Below the pieces are notes generated by a model. That model saw only the letters and a program-made list of their open reading frames with translations, was not told the origin of the DNA and did no database searches. Shown here in pieces: positions 1 to 12,733 of a stretch of 64,000 bases of DNA. This DNA is from Octopus vulgaris (taxonomy: Eukaryota), in contig OX597832.1 in NCBI GenBank assembly GCA_951406725.2, forward strand, positions 52,328,001 through 52,392,000, in the 5' to 3' direction. How positions within the stretch are numbered: position 1 is the stretch's first letter; the number at the start of each line of letters is the position of its first letter. Position numbers and translations under genes: made by a program.

Positions 1-667
1 GGGAAGAGGAAAAAAAGAACGATCAATAGGGATCGTGTATCACAGTGTTATGATATATGGTGTAAAGGGGAAAGCAAGTAAGGTTTATCCGTGGGAAGAA
101 AAGCCTACGAAAAAGACCACGGTAACCTTGGTCAATATTGTTATATGTTACCACATTTGTTTGCAAGTGGGTAACCCTCTGTTTTCAATTTCTGGGTTCA
201 TAGGATTATGCTCAAGGTGGCTTCGTCATTCATACGTGCTATCCTTGATACATTCACCCATCTTTTTTTAAAACATTCGCTAGACAAAACTTGCCTCTCT
301 ACTCTCACTTTCCTTTTCAAGTGGCACTTGAAGAAGTTGATGAGAGATTGACCAGAGAGGAAAGTGTTTGTCTCCAATCCTTTCAGACGCCTCCACCAGA
401 TACATTCTTTCGCCATAGCCACAAGGATGATGAAAATAGCTCTTCCTTCCCGTTTGAAGGAAGGAGGCGTGACAATATTGACGATAGACTCAGCTGATAA
501 ACCGACCCGTCCCACACGTGACAGCAGTTGTTCGACATAAGCCCACAGGTCGGAAATTGTTGGACACTGCACGAGTGCGTGCAGAACGGTTTCGTCGCTC
601 TGACCGCATCTCGGGCAGGTCGGCCCCGTGTTTCTCGAGCCGTGTCTGTAGAGCTTATCCCGAACGG
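1..667 (-). mobile_element. 3' end of a Tx1/L1-type non-LTR retrotransposon ORF2 (zf-RVT CCHC region) plus 3' UTR, 5'-truncated
   Basis: Minus-strand translation TCPRCGQSDETVLHALVQC...ECIWWRR has the CxxC-x5-ETxxHxxxxC zinc knuckle and downstream IW motif of L1/Tx1 ORF2. The N-terminus of the tracked ORF is only the (GATA)n repeat. Confidence 0.8.
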
Positions 668-679
668 AGATAGATAGAC

Positions 680-743
<64 letters not shown>
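668..743. repeat. (GATA)n microsatellite
   Basis: About 19 near-perfect GATA units. Confidence 0.95.
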
Positions 744-1371
744 CGGAGTAAACACACAGCTGTGAAACAAGGTGGAAAAAAGAGTACTCAAATACCAGAG
801 GTAGAGTAATATGCTTTATTTAAAAGCAGCAGATATTTAACAAAAGCTGTTACTCGGAGTTTTTTTTTAACAAAACTGTCCGATGAACGGGAACGTGAAA
901 CTCCGAGTAACAGCTTTTGTTAAATTTCTGCTGCTTTTAAATAAAGTATATTACTCTTTGTCTGTATATATATATATATAATATAATTCGAGACAAAACC
1001 ACTATTTTAAAACCAAACAAGGAAAGACTTAATCAATACATAAAATTTTAATATAAATTAAATAAATAAAATAAATATTTATTTAATTTATATTAAAATT
1101 TTATGTATTGATTAAGTCTTTCCTTGTTTGGTTTTAAAATAGTGGTTTTGTCTCGAATTATATTATATAATATTTTACTAAATCTGATTTTTCCCTGTAA
1201 TTTTGGATTCATTCCCTAATATTTATTATTATATATATATATATATACTTTATTTGAAGCAGCAGAAAATTTGTTGAATTTTCTGCTGCTTTACATAAAG
1301 CATATTACTCTACCACTGGTATTTGAGTACTCTTTTTTCCACCTTGTTTCACATTTATGTGTTTACTCCGG
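744..1371. mobile_element. Cluster of Penelope-like fold-back remnants (inverted partial terminal repeats) in (TA)n
   Basis: 744-863 is the reverse complement of segments at 898-957 and 1280-1371. A separate ~90-bp-arm palindrome lies at 975-1169 and a hammerhead motif at 876-913. Confidence 0.6.
876..913 (+). ncRNA. Minimal type I hammerhead ribozyme motif (core variant CCGAUGA)
   Basis: CTGT-CCGATGA-ACG-GGAA-CGT-GAA-ACTC-C-GAGT-A-ACAG: helix I CTGT/ACAG, helix II ACG/CGT with tetraloop, near-palindromic helix III, GUA cleavage triplet. Confidence 0.65.
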
Positions 1372-1394
1372 TATATATATATATATATAGATAT

Positions 1395-1795
1395 ATATAT
1401 ATATAAAGCTGAAGTTGTCTGTGTGTGGCAGGTTTGGTAGCCTTCAATTAACACTATCTCCTCCGAGACCCTGCGGCGCAAATTGATCAAAATTGAGAGT
1501 ATGATAGAAGGCTTGTTCGGCGATCTTTCGTTTTCATTCCGTAGAAGATAAAATTCAAATCGGACCATGTTATGACCAAATATTATTTACATCAAAAAGG
1601 TGCTTTTTTTCTATGAAAATCCCTATTTTTTTACAATTTTTCGACTGCTGTGTCGCCATTTTTCGGTGTATTTCAACCAGAAAAATGTTCGCTTTAAGAG
1701 AATTACAAGCTACATAATGCAAAATTTTTACTTTCCAAAAATCCCAATTCTAAAGGGTCGAAACTAACCCGAGCAACGCCGGGCGATACTGCTAG
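1395..1795 (+). mobile_element. Non-autonomous Helitron
   Basis: Ends CCCGAGCAACGCCGGG hairpin ... CTAG|T. The 5' end ATATATAAAGCTGAAGTTGTCTGTGTG resembles that of the copy at 2708. Confidence 0.7.
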
Positions 1796-2707
1796 TATAT
1801 GTGTGTATATATATATTTACAGAACAAATTTAAATGGAGTACAAAAAATAAAGAAAATGTGTTTTTTTTCTCTATTGTGAATCTCTGGATCTCACTTGTT
1901 GACTCTCTCTCTCTCTTACTCTCTTCCTTCTCTCTCCCTCTTCCTCTCTCTTTTACTCTCTCTCTCTCTCTCTCTCTTCCTCTCTTAATAGAGAAGTAGA
2001 GAGAAAGGAAGACAAGAAAAGTTTATAGTTCTATTTTAATTTTTTCTGCCCCGCCCGTCTAACTTTTCTAGGCATAAATGCATTGTGTGCACACCTATGT
2101 AAGCGCATGGAATCTGGACAAAAGTTAAAGCGTGAAAGTGGACAAAAGCCCCACGGTTATATGTTTCGTTTTTTTCTTTTTTTTTTCACTTGTTGCAGTC
2201 ATTAGCTTGTGGCCATGCTGGGGCACCACCTTGAGGAATTCTTAGTCGAATTTATCGACCCAGAATTTTTTAAACCAGCGCATTAAAGGTTTCTTCACAT
2301 ACCAGAAATAACAGCCAAATCTCTTGGAAATCTTTTATAACCCCCCCCCCCCCCGGTTATATTTTTTGGTTATTCTTCGCTTTTTTTTTTATTTTCCAAA
2401 AATCTTTTTACTTGTTTCAGTCATTGGACTGCGGCCAAGCTGGGGCACCGCCTTGAGAAATTTTTAGTCGGATGTATCGACCCAGAATCTCTTTTAGGTG
2501 ATTTTCAACCAGCACATGAAGTGAAGCCTAGACGGTCTCTCCACATACTAGAAACAACAGCCAAATCTTTAAAATGTTTTTTATAATTTCACGTAAACAA
2601 AAACGAAAATCGCGGTTGTAAAAAAAAAAGACTTTTATTTTCCAAAATTCCAATTTATATGTAAACAAAATATATTCAATCGAAAATAAATAAGTAGAAT
2701 AGAGTAA

Positions 2708-3384
2708 TCTATATATATAAAACTGTAGTTGTGTGAGTGTCTGTCCCCTTCGATTTAGATTCCTAACTACTCCCACATTTTGCGGTGCAGTTTAACCAAA
2801 TTCGGGTATCTTATAGTCGTGATTCATATCGAGCCCGTCTGGGTATTAGCGCGCGTCTACGATGAGTCTACGATTTTAAAAATAATTTAACATCATTTTT
2901 TATTCCATTTTAATGCATATTTTTTCGTGTGTCGATGGCGGCGGAGTTGGCGTCCACGCTCACACCTGCACCCGTGGGGAAGGGAGTGTAAGGAAATCAA
3001 CGTCGTAAAGCGTTGTCAAGGAGACCAGCGTTCTTTTAGAACAACGACTTCATGGCTTGAAGACACCAAAACAGAAATGGCTAAGAAAGCGTCTACATGA
3101 GTCTACGATTTAAAAAAAAATTGGATCTTAGATCTGTGGTCCTGGTTTCAAAAATGAAAAGATCCAAAAAATTTACTATCATTTTTTCCATTTTAATGCA
3201 TTTTTTCGCTATTATATAAGGGAAGTAACTCTCTAAAAATGTCTACGATGAGTCAACGATTTAAAAAAAAAATTACTATCATTTTTTATTCCACTTTTTT
3301 GCTATTTTTTTGCTATAACTCTCTAAAAATGCTTATATAGTTATTTCCCTTACAAACCCGAGCAACGCCGGGCGATACAGCTAG
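2708..3384 (+). mobile_element. Non-autonomous Helitron
   Basis: A|TCTATATAT start and CCCGAGCAACGCCGGG hairpin + CTAG|T end, i.e. inserted between A and T with no TSD. Internal partial duplications. Confidence 0.8.
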
Positions 3385-5231
3385 TAAAACATAAGACTCT
3401 TTGCTACTCAATGTACATATTGTCTGAAACGCAAAAAAGTGTTGAAACATAAAAACAAGAAGTACGTTTGAATAACCAGCTTTCGGCGCCATAATTCTGT
3501 TGGACCTTCAACGGCCAGAAAAAGTTCAAAAGATCAACTCATTCTCATTTAATCTGTAAGTGTTGAGAGAAGGAAACAGAAGACTTTAAATATAAATTTT
3601 TAAATGCTGGTTTTAACGCGACTAAAAATTCTTCTTAGGCGGTGCCCCAGCATGGCCGCAGTCTAATAAACGAAACAGGTAAAAGGTGAAAAAAAGCAAA
3701 AAAAAAAAGAATATATAACCGTGGAGCTTTTGTCCTACATTTGTAAACGCATATATATATACATATATACACACACACATATATTAGTATGTATCATTTA
3801 AGAATCCATGAGTCAGAAAAAAATATGCACTCGTATGTTTGTTAGTAGAGTGCGTATATTAGTCGAAGCATATGGCATTATATACCTACTGCGACTGATC
3901 TTATCAATCTTTTTCGCGCTAGGGTTTCAACGGCGTGTTAGATAACAGCCCGCTTATCTAACCCTGTGCTCTTCAGAGATAGTAGTTACTGAATGAAATA
4001 TGGCGACTGTTCTCTATTATTGGAGGTGCTTCAGTTTGGGGGTGATGCAATCGAGAGCAGTGACCATATTTCATTCCTTTACTACTACCTCTGAAGAGTA
4101 TACATAACCCCATGCACTCGCATTTACACACACAATATCTGCGTGTGTGTTTGTGTGCGCGCGTATATGTGTGTGTATGTATGTAAGTATATGTATGCAT
4201 GCATGTGTGTATGTTCGTATAAGGCAGTGTAAACGAAATGTAAATTGGATGTGTAAATGGTAAATATGTGCAGCTGTGACCAGTTGTAAACGAGATATAT
4301 CTGGTTATATATAAATAATGTTTGAAAACGAAATGTTGACAAAGGTCAAAGCTGAAACACTTCTGATTCAATAATGCGTAATAATACTCGCAAATAGGAA
4401 TAGTAGTAAAAATATTCCTTTGTCTTCTGGTATTTGAATGAATGCGTGTATGACGAAGATGGTGATGATGTCGAAGTGGCGATGGTAGTGGTGAAGAAGG
4501 TCATTGTCCGTGTTTGTTATCGTGACCACAGTGGATGAGTGGAGGTTGTGACTCTTTCAGCCCAAAATCAGCGAGAGGAAAATAGGTCTGCTGCTGCTCG
4601 AAATGAACTCCCTGTTCTTACTTGTGTTAAAGGGTTGAGCAGATGGATTATGAGCCACTTAGGGAATGGACAAACTGGGCAGTTGCCCAGAGGCCAGGTC
4701 TCGGGGCCCAATTCCGATCTTTGTATGCTGTGGATTACTATCAATAAATGAAAATTATAGGGCTCAGAACATTGATTTTCCAGGGACTTGTAATAATGTT
4801 AAGACGGCCCTTCCTTCGTCAGGGAAAACCGATCCAAATTAGGTTTCTTGTCTCCAGTATAGACAGGAAAACTGAAAGGAGAACAATGGGAAAGTGAATA
4901 GAGGTCTGCTATAAACGAATCGAAGTTCAAGAGATCGAATCTCGGCGACGCTTCTATTATGCTACATTCTCCACAAAGAGTTAAACAACAAATGAAACCG
5001 GGACACAAACGTACTGTTGGCGTGTACGTGAAAACATGTACATCGAACGATAGATGCGGTGCAAGGCTAGAGTTTGAATCTTCGGTACCAGAAGAGATAA
5101 TCTGAACTGGTGGTTGTGTGTATGTGTAATGGTCATGTATGTATAAATGTGTGATGGTAGTAGTCTGACTACGAATTAGGTGTGCACATATTCAAGTGAT
5201 TCTGAATATGGTATAATATAAAGTCTTGCAA

Positions 5232-5731
5232 GAATACCATGTAGTTCGCAGCAATACCACTTAGTTCGTAGCAACACAGTTTAGCACACAACAATACTAT
5301 ATAGTTCGCAACAGTACCATTTTAGCTCGCGGCAATGCCATTTAGCTTGCAACAATACCATTTAGTTCGCAACAATACCACTTTGTTCGTAGCAACACGG
5401 TTTAGCGCACTACAATACTATTTAGCTCGCGGCAATGTCATTTAGCTTGCAGCAGTGCTATTTAGCTTGCAACAATACCAATAAACTCGTAACAATACCA
5501 TTTAGCTCGCAGCAATACCACTTAGCCCATAGCAACAACATTTAGCTCACGGCAATACCATATAGTTCGCAGCCGTACCATTTAGCTTGCAGCAAAGCCA
5601 TTTAGCTCGCAACAATACCATTTAGCTCGCGGCAATGTCATTTAGTTCGCAACAATACCATTTAGCTTGCAGAAATACCATTTAGCTCGCAACAATATCA
5701 TTTAGCTCGCAACAATACATTTAGCTCGCAG
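5232..5731. repeat. 20-bp minisatellite (consensus ~TTTAGCTCGCAACAATACCA), about 25 copies
   Basis: Strict 20-bp periodicity with substitutions and no spacers. Confidence 0.95.
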
Positions 5732-6120
5732 AAACATTCCCAAGACTGTTCCAGTAACCCTAAATCATCTGAGTCTCCCTTTGTTTACCTGTTGTGGCTT
5801 ATGTGTATATTATTCGGTCTACAAAATCATAATCAACCTTTAGATGGATAGGCTGTGGAGCCATTTAATGTGACTCTATTCAGAAAGCTGTAATATCATT
5901 TGACAGGAACACGGTATAAAGACATACATGGAACAAGGTGGTAACTTTAAATACCGTTGATGTGGGCCACACGTATATGTACAAGCTGAATGATAAATGG
6001 AAATGGTTGATGAACATTTATTCATATCTTTAATGTTTGCTGTAAACCATCGTGAGGAAGCTCACGAACAGCTATATGATAGAACCTGTGCAGTGTTGTT
6101 GGTGCTGTGTAGAAATGTTG

Positions 6121-6369
6121 AGACGGTTGATGGAAAGCAAAATTCGTCCTAGTCTCGAGGTCTGTTGGTTCCAGACCTTTTAAGGTCTAGCCACTGACCA
6201 CACGACAGCATTACAGCGACCTCTGGAAAGCAAAATTCGTCCTAGTCTCGAGGTCTGTTGGTTCCAAACCTTTTAAGGTCTAGCCACTGACCACACGACA
6301 GTATTACAGCGACCTCTGGAACCAACAGACCTCGAGACTAGGAGGAATTTTGCTTTCCATCAACCGTCT
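6121..6369. mobile_element. Fold-back/MITE-like element with ~55-bp terminal inverted repeats and an internal ~93-bp tandem duplication
   Basis: AGACGGTTGATGGAAAGCAAAATTC...GTTCCAGA versus TCTGGAACC...GCTTTCCATCAACCGTCT. The left arm plus spacer is repeated at 6225-6320. Confidence 0.65.
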
Positions 6370-6513
6370 TGAAAAGAATTATGCCCTTGTATTAACAACA
6401 CTGATTAAAGATTTTTGTGGCAAGCCTCCAACAAAACGAAGTACAGTGGAGCACTGCGGAGTTTGGACGTGACTTGGAACGGAGTACCTCTGTTTATATG
6501 TAAATAATAAAAA

Positions 6514-6766
6514 TAAATGCGCCCTTTAAAAGCCTAGCCAGGCTCATGGGCCCGGTTTCCTGGTTTCTATGGTGTATGTGTTCCCCAGCTGGACGGGTCG
6601 CCAGTCTATCGCAGCGTTACTCATTTTTGCCAGCTGAGTGGACTGGAGCAACGTGAAATGAAGTGTTTTGCTCAAGAATACAACGCGTCGTCCGGTCCAG
6701 GAATCGAAACCACAATCTTACGATCATGATGCTGACACCCCTAACCACTAAGCCACGCGCCTCCAC
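6514..6766 (-). mobile_element. tRNA-derived SINE, family C (related copies ~7033-7357 +, 25098-25330 +, 26458-26650 +, 27113-27398 -, 31620-31870 -, 42144-42520 +)
   Basis: Head GGAGGCGCGTGGCTTAGTGGTTAG (A box)...GGTTTCGATTCC (B box), shared body TTGAGCAAAACACTT...; multi-copy in the window. Confidence 0.85.
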
Positions 6767-7889
6767 CTGTTTACATGTATTTCACTTAATTACTCGCGTA
6801 ACAAACAATTTGACCAATGAAAACTTTGAAAGAATTTTTGAATAGCGAAGAACTAATTAGGTGGAAGTAGTATTTTTTTTTCTTTTTTAAGACGTTTGAC
6901 CTTTTTATAATGCTGATGTTGATGATTGTAAATTATTTACTGTAAATATAATGACTCACAAATTTATAGCAGATGTTTTAATCTATGCTGCAGTACAGTA
7001 CACATATTGCCTTCCTTATTTAATAATGAGTGAAAGCGCGTGGCTTAGTGGTTAGGGCATTCGGCTCATGATCGTAAGGTCGTGAGCTCAATTCTCGGTG
7101 GCGCGTTGTGTCCTTGAGCAAGATACTTTATTTCACGTTGCTCCAGTCCACTCAGCTGGCAAAATTGAGTAGTACCTGTATTTCAAAGGACCGGCCTTGT
7201 CACACACTGTCACGCTGGATCTCCCCGAGAACTACGTTAAGGGTACACGTGTTTGTGTACCCTTAACTCAGTCACTTGCACGTTAATTTCACGAGCAAGC
7301 TGTTCCGTTGATCGTAACAGCTGGGACCCTCGTCGTCGCAACCGACGGAGTGCTCCATTTAATAATGAGCAATAAATTGCTCAATAAATAATCCTAGTGC
7401 TAATGCATGCTACAAAGCAGTATTTTGTTTTCGATATTGCAATCTTATTTAAAACCCACTTCTGTCACTGATTACGGATCTTTACCTTTTGACCGACAGA
7501 TTTAAAAAATAATTTTTTGTAACTAAACACTTTCAAACTTCGGACACTGGTAGAATGTGTCATATAAAACATCTTTTACTCTTAGCATTTTTGAGAAAAA
7601 CTTATATTTACGAAGTTATTTCACGTTAAATTTGTCGTATTTCGGTAATTTCAACCAATCAATGACGTGTATTCAGCTGAATAGAATTATTGCTGTTGTT
7701 TGTCAACAATAACTTCCGGCGGTGTATTTTTCGTTAGTCACTGTTATTTATGACATCGTTCGTGCATTTGTACTGATTTTAGGGTTAGGGTTAGGGGAAT
7801 TGGCGAAATCATGTAGATGTTGCGCGTTGACAACCAAATCACCACCAATAAAATACCAATATCGTGGCCGGAGATTGAGAGCCCATGAT

Positions 7890-8640
7890 TCAGGATACAT
7901 ATCGACTACGCTGGACCAGTGTACAGCGCATACTATCTAATCGTTGTGGATAGCTATACAAAATTGCCAGAAGTATGCAGATGTAATAAACCCACAGCAA
8001 AGACAATAATAAAGTTCCTAGTCTAGTTATTTGCTCGATACATTGTTCCAGACACATTAGTTTCAGATAATGGTACACAATTTACAGGATATGATTTCAG
8101 AAATTTTTGCAAAATATATGCCATAAAGCCCATCTTTATCCCGCCCAACCACTCAAGGTCAAATGGGCTGGCGGAAAGATTTGTCGATACGTTCAAAAGA
8201 GCTCTAAAAAAAGCTAAGAACGAGACACAAAAAGCTAATGAAGAGACACTGATGAAATTTTTGAGAGTATATACAATAATGCCAGATCCAAATACTAATT
8301 CAGAAAAGTCACCAGCAGAATGCTCACGCGTAAAATAAAATCGATCTTCGATAGATTATTGCCAGGAAGAAATACATTTAAAGGAAAGACCAAAATACAT
8401 TTAAAGGAAATACGAGAAATATTACAACACATTTCGAAGTTTTTAAAATTACAAAAATGGTAAAGAAGGTTGGGAGAATGGATGTGTAATCAAAAGATTA
8501 GGTAACATGATGTATTTAATTAAAGGACAACGTTCGGAACATAAGAGACACCTTAACCAGTAAAAGATGAGTCACAGAGAAGAACGAAGGGTAATACCAA
8601 TGGATGTCTTCTATGATATGTTTGAAGTGCCAACACCGAG
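7890..8640 (+). pseudogene. Degenerate Gypsy LTR-retrotransposon integrase
   Basis: Readable motifs HIDYAGP...LIVVDSYTKLPEV, VSDNGTQFT and SNGLAERFVDTFKR (rve D,D-35-E core), broken by frameshifts and stops. Confidence 0.85.
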
Positions 8641-8898
8641 AGATATTGAACCCCATAGAACTAGCTTCAGAAAAAGAAAATAAACTGAATATCTGGAAGT
8701 AATACCTAAACGAAAAAGATATTAAATTTTTTAAAAAAAGAGTGCTAACAAGAGTGCTTAGTACAACAAAAAGAAAAAGTACTGTGTGCAACGAACAATA
8801 CTACCATAAAAGTTGGGCAACAACAAAAAAAAGAGGGAGAGGTGCGGCAAAGAAGAAAAAAAATTAAAATTTCACTTTCTCACAGTAGCCGAAATCTC

Positions 8899-9160
8899 AA
8901 AAGGGGAGATGTATTGAGAGTTACGATGCCTCCTTGCAAGATATAGACTGGTCCGAGTAAAGCATAAATAGTAACGATCCGAGTGAGTTCAAAGGTTCAG
9001 AGTTCGGAGTCGATTGAAGTTCGTGTTAGTTCACAGTGAAGTCGGAAGGTGTCGGTTGGTTAGTTCATAAGATTCGTAAAGAGATTTGTTAGTTCGTTAC
9101 ATTGTTCTTACTGATGTTTGGTTACCTTATTTCTTGTACGTAACAAATTACGTTACAACA
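8899..9160 (+). mobile_element. Polypurine tract and 3' LTR of the degenerate Gypsy element
   Basis: AAAAGGGGAGA directly before TGT (8910); the segment ends ...TACAACA (9160); lies downstream of the integrase remnant. Confidence 0.6.
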
Positions 9161-9334
9161 GATTTAGCAAGGTCGTGATTTCGACTCTCGGACCGATCGA
9201 TACGTTGAGTTCTTGATCAAAATATTTCTATTCACTTTGCTTCACCCCACTCAGCTGTAAATGAATAAACCTTGCGACAGACTGCCATTCCATTCAGAAG
9301 GAATGTTATAATCTCGTTCACTTATACGCTATGG

Positions 9335-9535
9335 CAGTGGTTTTCAACCAGGGTTCCGCCAGTACAGTCCAGGGGTTCCGCAAGAAGTTACAAAAATGCT
9401 AAAATCAACAGTAATTTAAAATTCTCCTGTGCAAATATGTGTGCATAAAACAATTAAATTATTGCACAGGGGTTCCTCGAGCCAGTGGAATGTTTCCTTG
9501 GGGTTCCGCTTCAGCAAAAAGTTTGAAAAGCACTG
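9335..9535. mobile_element. hAT-type MITE
   Basis: TIRs CAGTGGTTTTCAA / TTGAAAAGCACTG with a perfect 8-bp TSD CGCTATGG. Confidence 0.85.
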
Positions 9536-9895
9536 CGCTATGGAAACCGAAGAACTGGTCGTATGAGCCCTAGGACTGAACCAGGAAATATGTGGTTAGG
9601 AAGCAAGCTCCTTACCACACAGACTATTTAAAAATTTTAATTATGACACCTTTTTTTCTTTTTTATCACGAAGTTTAGGGGTATTCTGCTTCATATTTTA
9701 AAGGCGAGGTATATGCTGTACGAAAGCGGGAGGGGTTCCTGTCCCCAGAGCGTTTTGTCTTGAGTGACGTCCAAGAGGATTTTGTCAGAGGAGTAACCTG
9801 CTTCGCACTCAAAGATACTTCAAGAAGACGAAGAACAAGTGGGATTTCTTATCTTTCATAATTAAGATCAGATGATGTGTGATTAAATTTTCGTG

Positions 9896-10300
9896 GGATC
9901 TTTTCGGTTTGACCGGCAGTTTTTTAAAATAATTTCCACGTAACTAAACACTTTTAAACTTCGTACACTGGTAGAATGTGTTTATAAAACATCTTTTCTT
10001 TTGGCTTTATTGAGAAAATTCTATAGTTTGTAAGATACTTGTTGTTGTTTTTCTTTAATTTCTGCAATTTCAACCAATCAATGACGTCTATTGAGATGAA
10101 AAACATTCTGTGCCGTATGAATATGTCCCTCGTTTAAGAAACAGATTGGGTTTATTTATATTTGTGAAGAAAAAAATATACCCTTCCCCCCACCCCTAAA
10201 ACAGATTGAAATGCAATAGATCGATACTAGGGTTATAATTATGGGTGACAATTTCCTATGACACCGCTAGAAAAAACTGCCGTTCAAACCGAAAAGATCC
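9896..10300 (+). mobile_element. ~410-bp GG...CC MITE family 1 (Merlin/MULE-like), copy 1
   Basis: TIR GGATCTTTTCGGTTTGA(A/C)CGGCAGTTTTT and its inverse; flanks TTTTCGT(G/C); internal CCCCTAA tract. Confidence 0.85.
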
Positions 10301-10768
10301 TTTTCGTCACGTAGTTTATTATGATTATAGATAAATCCATTGAGAAGTGGTGCAAGTCACGAGTTTAGATTTCTGACTCAGCTCTTTGTGCGACTAAAAC
10401 AAATAGAATTCAGTCTGAAAACGAAGCAGAAGAAAGCCAAAATAAAAGAAGTAAAAGTAAAATGAGAATACTACAATATACTAACGAATCCTGTAAAGCA
10501 TTCGATAAGTAGGATAATCAGGAGAGAGAGCAACAGACCCAAAATAACTCGAAACAAACGAAACGGTCAAGAAAAGTGTGTACCGTTGAAACAATAACGA
10601 AACACGGAGGAAGGGAGGTAACTCACAATATCAAATTAGAAAACGTTCGGTTTGAGCTACAATTTATGGTTCCAAATTTTGGCAAAAAAAAACATAGGAA
10701 AATTTGAGGGGAGGGGGAAATCGAATAAATCGAACTCCTCCCTCTGTCAGTGCTTGACTACTATTATA

Positions 10769-10946
10769 GGCGTAACTTCGGTATAAGTATCGGTGTAAGT
10801 ACTGGATACATTTAAAGAAAGTATTTTTTTATATATGGGGTGTTAGGGTTAGAGTTAGAGTTAGAGTTAGGGGTGGGAGAAAAGGGTTTCTGTTATCTTC
10901 AGAAATGTAAACAAAGTCACGTGTGTACTTATACCGAAGGATCACC
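10769..10946 (+). mobile_element. GG...CC MITE family 2 (also 60841-60999 -, 63633-63810 +)
   Basis: Ends GGCGTAACTTCGGTATA...TATACCGAAGGATCACC, 8-bp TSD CTATTATA, internal TTAGGG/TTAGAG tract. Confidence 0.8.
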
Positions 10947-11098
10947 CTATTATATGTATCGACTCCGAAGAGAAAGATGAAAGGCAAAGTTGACACCTCG
11001 GCGGAATTTGAACAATGTCGACCTTAATGGAATTTGAACCACGAACGTAAAGAGTCGGAAGAAATGTTTCCAAGCCTTTTGTCTAATCCGTTAACGAT

Positions 11099-11906
11099 TC
11101 TTCACACGGTTTCTTGAAGCTGCAATTGGTTTTTGATTAGTTATTGATTCAGAAGCAAATATCACGAGTTGGGGGGAACAGACACACAGACACACACACA
11201 TATATACTTATATACGATGGGCTTCTTTCAGTTTCCGTCTACCAAATCCACTCACAAGGCTTTGGTCGGTCCGAGGCTATAGTAGAAGACACTTGCCCAA
11301 GGTGCCACGCAGTGGGACTGAACCCGGAACCATGTTGTTGTTAAGCAAGCTACTTACCACACAGCCACTCCTGCGCCTATGTATTGCTAAAATAATATTC
11401 GAAGTTTCTTTATATGATCGGAAATGTAATTCCGAAGAACCTTTGCAATAAAAAAAAGTAGGAGAAAACTTTTCAAATATAGATAAAGCAGAAGTATAAA
11501 ACAAATAAACATCATTTTCCATTTTATTGCGTTAGCTTTGTTTCATTTTGAAAACTAAAAACTCATTTTATTACTTATTATTGTTTATATTTTGAGTTAC
11601 ATATATATGGGGGCGCCAAAATCTTCTTCACACGATTTCTTGAAGCTGCAATTGGTTTTTGATTAGTTATTGATTCGGAAGCAAATATCACGAGTTGGGG
11701 GGACAGACACACAAACACACACACATATATACTTATATACGATGGGCTTCTTTCAGTTTCCGTCTACCAAATCCACTCACAAGGCTTTGGTCGGTCCGAG
11801 GCTATAGTAGAAGACACTTGCCCAAGGTGCCACGCAGTGGGACTGAACCCGGAACCATGTGGTTTGTAAGCACAGCTATTTACCACACAGCCACCACTCC
11901 TGCGCC
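11099..11906. repeat. Local direct duplication of ~280 bp (unique flank + SINE head): 11099-11379 and 11625-11906
   Basis: Shared non-SINE flank TCTTCACACG...GCAAATATCACGAGTTGGGGG followed by an identically truncated SINE in both copies. Confidence 0.85.
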
Positions 11907-12068
11907 ATATCTTGAACTTTCTTTCTGTTGTTCATTATTTTGATCCAGACGTTGACAGGATTGCTATTTAGCTTTACACTGTTTGGCTTTTACGCTCTTT
12001 ATAACTTACGTAACCCTATGGCATTTGTAGATTTGAAAAAACAAAACAAGCGAAAACAAACATATAAC

Positions 12069-12108
12069 ATGATGATGATGGTGGTGGTGGTGGTGGTGGT
12101 GGTGGTGG

Positions 12109-12139
<31 letters not shown>

Positions 12140-12474
12140 GGTGGTGGTGATGACGGTGGTGGTGGTGGTGGTGGTGGTAGTGTTGGTGGTGGTGATGATG
12201 ATGGTGGTCGTCGTCGTCGTCGTCGTGATGATGATGACAGTGGTGGTGGTGGTAGTGTTGGTGGTGGTAGTGTTGGTGGTGGTGGTGATGATGATGGTGG
12301 TGGTGGTCGTGGTGGTGATGATGATGATGACAGTGGTGGTGGTGGTGGTGATGATGGTGGTGGTGGTGGTGATGATGGTGGTGGTGGTGATGATGGTGGT
12401 GGTGGTGATAATGATGATGGTGGTGGTGGTGGTGATGATGATGGTGGTGGTGGTGGTGATGGTGGTGGTGATGA

Positions 12475-12538
<64 letters not shown>

Positions 12539-12696
12539 GATGATGGTGGTGGTGGTGATAATGATGATGGTGGTGGTGGTGGTGATGATGATGATGGTGG
12601 TGGTGGTGGTGATGGTGGTGGTGATGATGATGGTGGTGGTGGTGGTGGTGGTGGTGATGATGATGATGGTGGTGGTGGTGGTGGTGTTGGTGGTGG

Positions 12697-12730
<34 letters not shown>

Positions 12731-12733
12731 GAT
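12069..12733. repeat. Compound (GGT/GAT)n trinucleotide tract, ~660 bp
   Basis: Seen directly; produces spurious poly-Val/Met and poly-His ORFs. Confidence 0.95.

Noticed and set aside
3950-5110. Unique-looking sequence with a possible acceptor at ~3976
   Set aside because: All frames close quickly and no protein motif was recognised.
5232-5731. Possible CRISPR-like array (also considered 57834-58938)
   Set aside because: Contiguous tandem units with no unique spacers, no cas genes, eukaryotic context.
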